From: Torpedo marmorata
Lineage: Eukaryota
Direction of reading: 5' to 3'
Assembly (NCBI GenBank): GCA_977017645.1
Contig: OZ360236.1
Span: forward strand, 39,370,001 to 39,434,000
Length of the DNA stretch: 64,000 bases
Position 1 is the first letter of the stretch; the number at the start of each line of letters is the position of its first letter. A program made the translations under genes and the position numbers. Shown here piece after piece: positions 36,505-48,015 of the stretch. The notes under the pieces are model-generated. The model did no database searches, had not been told where the DNA came from, and saw only the letters and a program-made list of their open reading frames with translations.

Positions 36505-38218
36505 TATTACGTGCTCTCATTTTCAGTTCATTTTTATTTGAGTGGGACTGTCACTTTAAGAGAACAAATCAAGCTGCAAGTTTGGGAGTTTGACTGTGAG
36601 CTGGCAGGCTGAAGACAGCGTGTTCCTAAAATGGATACCTCTGAAGAAAGAGGAAGTGCAGGTGCAGAGACCACGTGACCAACAGATTCAAGAGACAGTA
36701 CACAGTTTGCTCAGGGGCCATTTTAAGGGAGCAGCACAGGAGCAACAGCTCTTTGAGGAATACTGTGCTGAAGTGGCTTTGTGTGGCCAAAGGAAAGGTC
36801 ACTTCTGAAGGGGCCATTTTGAGGAGGCAGTGCTGTGGAGCAGAGCTCTTGGAAGTAATACAGTACTGAAGTGGCCTCGTGTGTGGTTATAGACCAATTG
36901 TCTGATTTCCCCATGTTAAAGGGGAATGAGTAGTGGCCATTGCATGGAGACAGCGCTTGGAGAAGCATCCTTTGAAGGGATACTGTGCTGAATGTGGCCT
37001 TGTGTGGTGATAGACAGTGTCTGATTTCTCCAGGTTATGGGGGAATGAGAATACCACTCTGTGACCAAAAAGTGAAGGTCACTTTGATCAGATGACCCAC
37101 GGAAAGGGTTCTGTAAACTTTGTGCGCATCACTCGCTTCGTGTCCCCTACGCCAAAGAAGAGGGGAGTTTTGGTTGTCACTCGTCTAAAAAGGACATTTC
37201 GCTGGAAGCACCTCGACAAGGGTTTTGTGAGTTAATAAACATTCTGTCACCACCGGTCTCTCCCACCGACTTCGTGAACTGCTTCACATCCATCTAAAGC
37301 CTGCGTGTCACATCGATTTAAAACCTGCGTGTCAACATTGGATGTTCTGAGACTGAACTTTGAACTGCCTTTTGAGAATTGTGCCTTGAGCTGTTGTGGC
37401 TTGGGATATTCCACACACACATAAGTATATTCGTGCATAGTTGGGGGATAAGTTTAGATAGGTTTAGATAAGTTACATAAATTAGATAAAGTGTTATATT
37501 ATTGTTTTTAAAAAAAAATATTTTATTTAAAATTTTTAAATCACAAAATACATAAAATAGAATATAAAATTATCAAATTATTTGTGATACATTTTCACCC
37601 CCCCCTCCCTCCCTTCCCTCCCCAACCCTCCCAACCCCACTAATCTAATAAAAAATAAAAATATAAAATAAAAATAGAAAAAGAAGAAGAAAAGATAGAG
37701 TAAGGGGAATGCCAATCTATAAACTAATTCTATTATGGAGGTCAAGTATGCCAGTAGATCCGATATCCAGAGATCTTCAAATCCTTAAACCCAACAGCTT
37801 TCATATAAGGGCTCCAAATTTTTAAGAAGAAATTATATTTATTACGTAAATTATAAGTAATTTTTTCAAGTGGTATACATGAACGAAGTTCTGCATGCCA
37901 TCTTTCTAATGCTAAATCTAAATCAGATTTCCAAGTAATAGCAATGCATTTCTTTGAAACAGCTAAAGCAATTCGCAAAAATTCTATTTGATACATATTT
38001 AATTTCATCTTAATACTAAATTTTCTAATATCTCCAAACAAAAATATCATAGGATCCATTGGAAATGTAATCTTAAATATTTTATCTAAGAAATTTTTAA
38101 CTTTCAACCAAAAATCATAAACTAAGTGTTATATTATTGTTGATTAATAATTAAAAATATTATTTTAAATATAACACTATCTGGACTAATTTCTATTGCT
38201 GCTGTCTGGTACGTAACA
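36505..38218 (+). mobile_element. Solo LTR interrupted by an L1 fragment
   Basis: TATTACGT...ACGTAACA termini, 5-bp TSD CCAGG; internal imperfect tandem repeats at 36710-37065. Confidence 0.68.
37507..38123 (-). mobile_element. L1 3' fragment
   Basis: ORF 37742..38107 resembles the L1 ORF2 C-terminus in this window; 18-bp TSD aagtgttatattattgtt (37489-37506 and 38124-38141). Confidence 0.92.
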
Positions 38219-38454
38219 CCAGGACCGTGCAAATAGACTTTATCAAAACTTAAGGCTAATGAAATGCATACAGGAAAGAAACAACAAAAAAGAACATATA
38301 CAGAAGTAGGATTGGATGCTTGGGTTTGGGAGGCTGGAGGTGCAGTTCTCAAGTGTGGTCCAAAAAGACTGGTTTGTGGGTGATGTGTAAGTGTGTGTGT
38401 TCTGGATTAGGGGTGTATGTTCCTCAGGCGGGGGTGTGGAGAGAAAGAACTACA

Positions 38455-38946
38455 GTGTAACACGGAAGTCTGCAGATGCTGTGATTGTAGTAAAAACAAA
38501 GTAAATGCTGGAGGAACTCAGCCGGTCTCGCAGCGTCCCTAGGAGGTAAAGATACATTACCGCCGTTTCAGACCTGAGCTCTTCTTCAAGGTTTAGGCAA
38601 AGAGCAGGCAGGCGTTCTGAATAAAGACTGGGGAGAGAAACAGGGAAGAATAGGAGGGGGAGGAGTCCAGACCAACAAACAAAAGATGTTAATTGGATAT
38701 GATAAGAGGAAAGGTGAGAATTGATTTTGGCTCTGTGAAAGGAGACAGAGGGAAAAGGGAAGAGAGAGAGAGAGAACCAGAGAAAAGGAGACAGGGGGAC
38801 AAAGATCGGGGGAGTGGGGGGTGGGGGGTTTAAACAGAAAGCAGAGGTCGATGTTAATGCCATCGGGTTGGATGGTGCCCAGATGGAAGATGAGGTGTTG
38901 TTCCTCCATTTTTGGGTTGTCTCAGTCTGGCGGTGCATGAGACCAT
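38455..38946 (-). mobile_element. Penelope-like 3' fragment
   Basis: ORF 38586..38909 EEQHLIFHLGTIQPDGINID; decayed hammerhead-like motif at 38557-38592. Confidence 0.85.
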
Positions 38947-40015
38947 TGAATTACAAGGCAACTAGTTGTGTGGCCAGTAAGGGGTTATGGTGCATCAGGT
39001 GTTGTTGTCCTCAGTGTGTCCTGTGAACAGTGGAGAGGCAGGGATGAAGGTATGAGATGAGGATAGGTTTGAGCTGCAGACCATGGGGAATATCAGATGA
39101 GAGCGGGAGGATGTTCCTGAGGTTGATAGTGGACTGGAGAGGCTTGATGAGTTTGAAGCAGTGGAGATTTTGGATGGGAGGGTGGAGGTAACAGGTATAA
39201 AGCATGAACTTTTCTCGACTCATAATGATTCTGTATTGCATTTTTATTTATCCTTAAAGTGGTTTACTTTCATAGTTTTGGGATATCCCTTTCAAATGTT
39301 CTTCTTTGCTGTAGCCAAACAAAAAAAAATCACTTGCGTTTTACATTTTCTCAGACTCTCCGATTTATTTTTTTAAGACGGGAACTTTCAGATTATTTAG
39401 GATTTCATTTGTGGGTGTCATATTCCATTGCTTTCAGTTTGTGACACAATGTTACTGTGACGAATGTGCTATGATTACTCTTTAGTTTAATGTTAAAACT
39501 ATATTTCATCGAGATATGGCTTAGTAAGTTAGTTTTGGGTGGTTTCAGGGGCACAAAGACAACACATTTGCATTTTAAACACACATGGTTCTTTGAGATG
39601 GCAGATGACCATTTGCAGACAGAATGTCTGCTGATTGCAGTTGAAGCCAAGAGATGAAAGGCTTTATGATGGTTCTTGAGATACTGTTGGCTCAGAAGCA
39701 CCTGTGTAATCGCACAGCCATTTTGCTCCCATGTGGGCAGACATCACGGAGGCATATTCTCATTAACCTTTGGAGAAGTTGGAACTTCAAACACTCAGGA
39801 AAATACTTGGGTTGCAGGCAGGCCTTTTGATTCAATGGTCACTAGACAGATCGGAGGCATAGGTGGACAGAGATGCTTTTAGCACATAAGTGTGAAGAAG
39901 ACATTATGAACTTCGAAGACAGAAATGATGTCACATACCATTTGACATGAGAGATTTTCAAGAAATATATTATCGAAATCAGAGACAAAGGGGTCAGTTT
40001 AAGAGCCATACTCAT

Positions 40016-41305
40016 ACTCACCTGGTCCATCTCCGATAACACTCCTCCCTTCCTGGATCTCTCTGTCTCCATCTCGGGAGACAAGCTTTCCACCGACATT
40101 TACTACAAAACCTCCAACTCCCACAACTATCTGGACTACACTTCCTCACACCCTGTCCCCTGCAAGGATTCCATCCCCTTCTCTCAATTTCTCCGTCTCC
40201 GCCGCATCTGTTCCCAAGATGAGGTCTTCCAGTCCAAATCTTCTGAAATGTCTGCCTTCTTCCACAAACGTGGCTTCCCCTCCACCACCATCAACTCAGC
40301 CCTCACCCGCATCTCCTCCATTTCCCACTCATATGCCCTGGCCCCCTCTGCCCCCAGATGCAACAAACATAGAATCCCCCTCATCCTCACTTACCACCCC
40401 ACCAGCCTCCACATCCAACACATTATCCGCCAAAATTTCCGGCACTTACTACAGGATCCCACCACCAAACACATTTTTCCTTCTCCTCCCCTCTCGGCCT
40501 TCCTCAGGGACCACTCCCTCCGCGATTCCCTCGTGCACTCATCCCTCCCCACCCATCGCACCCCCGGCACCTTCCCCTGTGCCTGCAGGAGGTGCAACAC
40601 CTGCGCCCACACCCCCCCCCTCACCACGGTCCAGGGCCCCAAACAGGCCTTTCAAGTGAAGCTACACTTCACGTACGTCCAGAGAACTTATTTACTGCAT
40701 CCCCTTGTGGCATTCTCTACATCGGAGAGACAGGTCGTAGATTCGGAGATCGCTTCACTGACCACCTCCTCTCCGTCTACAACAACAGCGACCTCCCAGT
40801 AGCCAACCATTTCAATTCCGAGTCACACTTCCACACTCACATGTCTGTCCATGGCCTTATGTACTATCCCACCCAGTCTACTCGCAAATTGGAGGAACAA
40901 CATCTCATTTTACGTCTGGGCACTCTCTAGCCAGATGGCATTAACATTGACTTTTCTGCTTTCCACTAAACTTGCTTGCCTTTTCCTTCCCCTCCCCCCC
41001 TTACCTGTCCTTCCAGTTTTTTTCCACCCACCCAGCCATCCCTCCTTCCCCCTCTTTGCTGCTGTCCCCTTCCTCCTTTCTCCACCTATCATCTCCTGCC
41101 TTTGCCACCTCCCCTTCTCCCCCTCACTCTTTTGTTCGGACGCCTGTCGGCATTTTCTCATACTTTGATGAAGGGCTCAAGCCCGAAACGTCGGTTATGT
41201 ATTTTTACCTTTGCTACATAAAGGACACTGTTTGACCTGCTGAGTTTCTCCAGCATTTGTGTTTTTTACTTCAACCACGGTGTCTACAGATTTTCGTGAT
41301 TTACA
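40016..41305 (+). mobile_element. Penelope-like element, 5'-truncated, GIY-YIG region damaged by small deletions
   Basis: ORFs 40248..40802 and 40592..40930 closely match 25963..27102; TSD tcagtttaag (39994-40003 and 41306-41315). Confidence 0.92.
41157..41200 (+). ncRNA. Minimal hammerhead-ribozyme-like motif in a PLE terminus
   Basis: TTGATGA-A-GGGC-TCAA-GCCC-GAAA-CGTC, identical to the copy at 25736-25779. Confidence 0.65.
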
Positions 41306-43974
41306 TCAGTTTAAGGGAACTTGCCGTCCTGTTGAGACACAGGATTGATAAAGCAGCAATATTTCCTTTATAGAAGGAAAGCTGCCTGTGCTCTCCTTAA
41401 TAAAAGGAGGAACACCAAAAGTGGTATTTTAAAAGAAATATCCACTCCGACTGCCTCCAAGAAAAGAGGGCAGCCTCGTATGTTACTTTTGATTAAGAAA
41501 GAAATCATCATGGAAAACAGTCTCCGGAACTCTTAGGCAAGATAAGAGGGAGTTTGTAAAATCACTCGTATGAAGGATTATCTCTCTGAAAGACAAGTCA
41601 TCAAAAGACTTGTGAGTTTAAAAGAAATGAAGACATGATGTTTAAAAATGCCTCATAATTAATTCTGAACTGCGATTTAAAGAATCTTCAAGCAACACAA
41701 TGTTGAAGTTTAAAATGGACTTTTCAGAATCAAGCTCAAACTGTAATGGTTTGGATTCTTAACACACACACACATACATATTTATATTTGCACATAGTGG
41801 GGTTTAAGTTAGAGTTAAGTTTAGAGATAAGTAAGAAATGTTATGTTATTAATAGTTTAATAAAAACTATTATTTTTAATTTACCACTGTGGTGAATTTT
41901 TCATTGCTGTTCCTTTGTTAGTACGAGCAAGGTTTGTTAGTTCATAATAGTTACAATCACAGCACCAATTAGTTATCAGGGAAATTTGGACTTCTCAGTC
42001 CACCCAGTAGACTAGCATACCTCTCGGATTGCATGGAATCTCCAGAACTGAAGAGTAATCTCCATGTGACTCTCACAGGTAACTAAGCTATGTTTGCGAG
42101 ATATTGCAATGTGATGTGTGTTATTCCATTATGCAGCAGGTATAATGCTTGGATATGGACTTACTCCATTTGTTTGCTTTCTATGCAGTGTAGGCTATGC
42201 TTTCAATTAAAAGAAATTCAGAAATTGATTTTTGTTTTGCAGAGTAAAAGATGGCAATTGGCATTTAGACTTGTTACTTACAATTTCCTATTCTTCTGCT
42301 TCTTTTGCTGGGAACAAATTTTGCAATGATACTGGAAAGATTAGATGCAAATACTACATTTAGAGTTATTTTCAGCTCCCTCAGCTAGTCGATTCCAGAG
42401 GCTTGATTGGTGCCAGCTGCCATTTAATTCTATGTGAGCAATATGTTTCTGCCTGTGCTGTGAAATAAAAAAAACCCAACAGATTCCAAGGTACTGTACT
42501 GTTACAGAATTGTTTTTCGAAGGGGTGTGTAACAGACATGTACCACGACAAAAGCCTAAACAAATTCTCAAATTCTCAAATACAGTAATATGATATGATT
42601 CAAGAATTAATTGTCATATACACAAGAACAATGGACAGATGCACTGAAATTCTTACTTTCTGCATCCACACAGGTATGTGAGATGTACCATCAACAATAT
42701 AAATTAAATTAATAAGCTGAATAACAAGGTAACTTGTTTTAATGGTGTCAGTTGAAGCATTGCTTTGAAGAGTGAAATCTTTAACATTATTTGAAGCTGA
42801 CAGACAGGGCCCTGGTTTAACACCTTTCCCAAAGGGTCACACTGAGACACTTCATATGAGAAATGAATTGGAGTCCTTATGACTGGAGTGATAGTGTTAC
42901 CAATTGAGTCCAAATGATCCAGATTAAACAAGTTAATATACTATGAAGTGAAAGTGCAAAGAGATAAATTCCTCTGATGAAGTAGTAATTGGCTTGAGTT
43001 TAGAATATTGCATTTTATTTCATGCTTGTATATCTGAAAGGAAATTCATGCAGAAAATTAAAGACAGACATTTCAAAGACTCAAATGGCTTTATTGTGAA
43101 ATCAAAACCGAACGGATTTTTTTCTTGTAAAATGTACTGGACAGGAGGTAGGAAAATGTGATTTGAATATTTTAAGAGAGAATAAAACGGAAGTCAATAA
43201 TTGTTTGTACTACACTTGAAACCTCTTAGATTTGTCTGTATGGATTGCCACAGAATGTTATATGTCTATGAATATTTCTTTAAAGTTCACATTAAATAGC
43301 AATTTTACAATCCTTTCAAACTTATCAAATGTTATTACAGTATTCATTCAGCAGTTAGGTCAGGCAAAAAGACACTTAACAAAACAATTTATTTGATGAT
43401 GAGATGTTTGAACTCCAAAGAGGACATTTGGCAGTGTATTTTGTGTATAAAATTAACAAAATAAGTTGTCAATAATGAATTAAGTTTCAAGGTAGGATCT
43501 TAAATTGAACTGTTGAGCTCGAAAAACAATGCTAGGTAATTTAATGTCTGGGAAATGAATTTGTACATTTAAACCAAGAAAACAGGCTTTTTTCTGCAAT
43601 GCTGTTTCACTAATTGTACAGTGTAGAACAATGATAAATTCTGACTGTGAGAGAAATATTGAAATACTTTAAGGATTAATGCAGCGAGAGGCAATGTTGT
43701 TTGTTTCGAATAGAATCAATTTCTATCTTGTTCTATTTCATGACAGAAGTATGTATTCAGTGCAATATAAAACCCCAGTCCCATTTCTGAAATGTTCATA
43801 AACAGAATGTGTGTGTGAATAATTTCCACAGATTAGAAAATCGGTTTACTATTGGGTTTACAGATTCCGATTGCTTTTGCCATTTGCCTCATCTTTTACC
43901 AGATCTAATAGGAGTCAGGTGACCTTCTGCAAATTGACGTGTTGCGGCAAAGTAAACAACAGCCATCTCTTGAG

Positions 43975-44965
43975 ACCCAAGCAATTGCAGATGCTGGAAT
44001 CTTGAGCAAACAAAGAGAAGCTGGAGGGATGAGGAAAATGGCAACAGGTAAAGGAGAGATGGAAACACTGGAACTAGATTAGGGTAGGGGATTACATGAA
44101 ATTGGAAAATTTAATGCTCAGACCATAGGATTGTAGTCTATCCAGATGTAATATTATGCTGTTCTTCAGGTTTGTGTTTGGCCTCACCCTAGAAATGGAT
44201 GGTGTCAACAAAATTAACTGATTTGGAGACCTCAAGTATCATTTCACAGACTTTATCGGATCCCATTTTAACAGGGATCCTGCTGACTATGCCAAATCTG
44301 TCAATGAAATTAACTGATTGGAGACCTCGAGTATCGTTTCACAGACTTTATTTCACATGATGTATCATGGAGAGCAGGTGGCAGTTTCCACTGCTTACTG
44401 ACTCCGAAATGTATTTCTACAAGCACGTATATTTATACAGAGGAACAAACAAATTGTTACAGAAAATAGGATTACATAATGGAATAAATCTGTTGAAAAC
44501 TACATCAAGACCTTTACTACAATTTTTTTGTATTAAAATCAGTTTTATCTAAAATGAAGAAGAAAGTGTCAATAATCGCTGTTTATGTCCTTGATTAGAG
44601 TTAAGGCCACAACTTAGTTTCTAAATAACTTGAAGGAGAATGCATCAATAATCACTGTTAGGATCAACAACCACTGCTAGAGCCCTTGACTGCGGCTAAG
44701 GCTTAACTTCTAAATAATATCTCGTTGAACAGACACTGTATTAAAACGGGCTGTTCGCCAACTATCAATGTCAATGTCTTTCACAGAGTGACAAGTGTCA
44801 ATCTTCATAAAAGTTCTTCCACAGATGATACAGAGGACAGGTAAGTCTCTGTGGAATTAAAATAGCTGTCAAATGGAAGTTCCAGCTGGTCTGAGAGGAA
44901 TAAGTGCAGGTGCTCAACAAAACAGTTGCCCAATCTGTGTGTGATCTCACTGACACAGAGAAGGC
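43975..44965 (-). mobile_element. Old Penelope-like remnant interrupted by an LTR-like insertion
   Basis: tgcagatgctgg terminus at ~43986; decayed GIY-YIG-end sequence at 44100-44200 resumes at 44830-44965. Confidence 0.55.
44203..44823. mobile_element. Candidate solo LTR (621 bp) with an internal ~54-bp direct repeat
   Basis: TG...CA termini, flanks gatgg/gatga; direct repeat at 44203-44256 and 44299-44351. Confidence 0.5.
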
Positions 44966-45094
44966 TCTTACCATTCTGATTTTTGTATTATATTTTCAGT
45001 TTGAGTGCAAGACCTGACTCTGATATAATAGCCCTCTCGGATAATGTTACAAGTTGAATGTTTTTAAAACGGACCCATCTCCTGAAGTGGTCTC

Positions 45095-46268
45095 AGGGTG
45101 TCAGGTGTAGCAGTTGGGAGAGTTGTTGGTTCACAGCTTGAGGGACAAGGGTTTAATCCTGACCTCGGGAGCTGTGTGGAGTTTGCACATTCTCCTCGTG
45201 ACTGCATGAGTTCCAACTTTCTCTCTTATCCCAAAGTCTTATTGGTTGGTAGTGTTACAAATTCAAACCAGCAACGACGGAAGACGCAATGCAAAAGGGG
45301 TAAAATTGAAATTTATATTTATTAAAGACAATTAAACATAATTTCACAACAATTAACCCCACTATAAATGTCTATAAACACTATTCTTATCTAAAGAGTG
45401 TGTGTGTGTGTGTGTATGTGTGTGTAAAGCCCAGACCATTACAGTCTGTGCCCAACCCTCATGTAAAAATGGAAAATCTTCCACAAAACCCCCAGGTCAG
45501 TCATAAAATAAGTCAGTCCCAAAAATACAGTCCACAAAAATTCACTCTCTATGTTCAGGGTCCAAATTCAGCTCTGTGTGCTGGCAAGAAGGACTTTTTA
45601 ATGAAAGTTGGAGAGAGAGCGACAATGACTGTTTAAGCTTACGAATGTTTGGCCTGCTTTTCTTCTCTGATGACTTTCCCTTTTGGTAGATTCACGAGGA
45701 TTGCGACTCCAAATCCGTTTTGGATTGAGGCGTGTTCTTGGATCTCACAGCCTGTCTCGCTGATCTCACGCCTGTTCTTCACAAAAGTAGTTTTAACTCA
45801 GGATTTTGCTGAGACAGGAGGCCATGTGCTATTCTCCCAGCCTTTTCCCCTGGGATGCACAAGCCTGGATTTTGCTGTGTTCTCCAGCCTTTGCAACTCC
45901 AAACATAACTGAACCTCAATGCTTTTTGCAGAGGTTTGCACCTGCTTTTGCAAAAGTGCAATAGGGTATCTCTCCACAGTCTGTCTCTCTCTGGTGTCTC
46001 TCTCTCTGTGAGTACAAGAAGTCCTGGGCAAGTTAACTCTTTCAGTACCAGGTCCCAGTGTGTACTCCAAAAGACCTCATCCTTCCTGCTGACCGTCCAC
46101 AGTCCAAATGGTCAGTCATGGTCCATAACAGTAGGCTAATTGAGTGTTGTAAATTGCCCTCGAGTAGATGGGTGGGAGAATTGATGGGAATGTGGGGAGA
46201 ATAGATCATGCAAAAAAAAAATTAATGGAGAATGGTATTGCTCTGAGAACTGGCATTGACTTGGCAGG
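45095..46268 (+). mobile_element. Older V-SINE split by a solo LTR
   Basis: Box B-like gggtttaatcc and gtgtggagtttgcacattctcc at 45150-45197; the body resumes at 46131. Confidence 0.6.
45253..46130 (-). mobile_element. Solo LTR (Gypsy-like), copy 2
   Basis: TGTTA...TAACA termini, 4-bp TSD GTAG; homologous to 14533-15381. Confidence 0.88.
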
Positions 46269-46271
46269 TCG

Positions 46272-47086
46272 AAAAAAATGTCGGTGGTGCCGGAGCTGGT
46301 GTAACGGCAGCGCTGCTGCTGGTGCAGACCTGGGAGAGCACGGAGTGGAGACAGAGTTCAACTTAGCAGGTGCCCGGTCCTGATCCCAACGATTCCGGAT
46401 AGACTTTAAATGGCCTGTTAAATGAACTGATGGTGTTTTTTTTTTGAGAATCCTGCAACCACTGGCTCTGTGCCCAGGATGGCGGCGCCTGTGCTGGGTA
46501 GCGTACCATGAGGGGTTGCAGATTCCAGGGGAGCAGCGGACTGGTGCAGGGCACCAGAAATGGGAGAACACGCCTTGTTGAGATGGAGAAGCATAGAAGC
46601 AATATGGTGACTATGGCAGCAGACCAGCGAGGAGCTCAGCGGTCGAAGGACTCACACAGGCTGCGGGCTGCTGCCGACTTGCAGTCGAAGGACCACGCAG
46701 GCTCTGGGCTGCTGAAGACTGGTTCTTGGGAACCAGGTTTCGAACCAGGATTCAAGAGAGTGCTGAGGACAAGAACGGTTCCTGAAGGGCTCGGGTTCTG
46801 TAGGCTTCCTGATTTTATTGGAGGTTTGGATCCAGAGCTCAGGTTGCCGATGGTTTGAACAGGAGTCTCTGAGGCTGCAAAGGCTCTGGGAGTGCTGGAG
46901 GCAAATCCACGGACACTCAATGACTCTGAAGGGACTCTGTTTTGCTTCTCTTTCTTCTATTGTTAGGGACACCGGGCAATGCTCATGGTGACTCTTTGTT
47001 TGCCTTATTGCAGACAAAAGTTGAAGTATATCATGTAAATTACATTTTTAATGTATTATTATGTGACAATAAATGGAACCTTTGAA
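46272..47086 (+). mobile_element. Non-autonomous retroelement with a Rex-like 3' tail, copy 2
   Basis: 3' end gtgacaataaatggaacctttgaa; colinear with the reverse complement of 34065-34885. Confidence 0.7.
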
Positions 47087-48015
47087 ATAACCTCCTAATA
47101 TCGTATGGATATATGGAAATATGGATCGTCTACAGATGAGAAATGGGGAACTCCAACTCCAATTGGCCTTTTACTGTCCCAAAGTTTGGATTGCTGCTGT
47201 TTTAAGAAAGTTTGCTCTCTGAATAACAATGATGAAGTGTTGGGAGGTTGATGTGTTTATTCTGGAGCAGTGGTTTCACCAGATTTAGTGGCTGTGATCT
47301 TTGTAAAATTCAGTAATCTTGTGCAAACTGACTGTTATCAATCAGTCTGTCTGAGGTGAGTGGGGGGTTCGCCATTAGAAAAAGTCATCGTCATGGTTTC
47401 CTCAAATGTCTCCTCCCGTGGCTAAAGAAGTTCCCCCGAATCACAGTCTGGATTCCATCCATCCTCGGGACAATTCCAAGAAAAATGCAGGGATCAGCAC
47501 CGTTCAGGATCATGGGTTTCCTTATCCTCACTGAAGCATTTGACTTCATCATTCGAGAGAGATTGTGGAAAACCTATTCAAAATCAGCTGCCTACAGAAA
47601 TATGGCTCCATCTTAAGCTTGTTTCATGATGGCATACAAACTGGGATAGTAACCAATGGTTCTACAACAGAATGATCACAAGATATCGGAGCAGAAGTAG
47701 GCCCATTGGCCAATCGACTCTGCTCTGCCATTCTAATCATGAGCTGATCCATCCTCTCACAGCGCCACTCCCTGACGTTTGCCCCGTAACCCTTGACGCC
47801 CTGACTAATCAAATACCTGTCAATCTCTGCCTTAAATCCACAGACTCATGACCCTCTGACTAAAGAAATTTTTCCACGTCTCTACTATAAATTCTCAATA
47901 AAGACTGTGTTACTGCCCTGAGACCTCTCTGAGACTTTCTTGCCACTGTTTTGCAATGTACCTTCAACAAATTTCTTGCAGTAGTGGAGCTAATCTTCAA
48001 TACTAATGGGAGACT

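Larger units (their letters stand above)
39457..41929 (+). mobile_element. Probable degenerate solo LTR hosting a PLE insertion
   Basis: Its 3' portion (41760-41929: CA run, tagtgggg, taataaa) parallels the 3' portion of LTR 36505-38218; boundaries are uncertain. Confidence 0.45.

Noticed and set aside
44787-44840. Apparent micro-exon (tttcacag ... cag|gtaag)
   Set aside because: It straddles the end of an LTR-like insertion and a Penelope remnant; there are no partner exons and no recognisable peptide.
14533-46130. One giant LTR element bounded by the two homologous LTRs
   Set aside because: Each LTR has its own distinct TSD, and there is no gag/pol between them.
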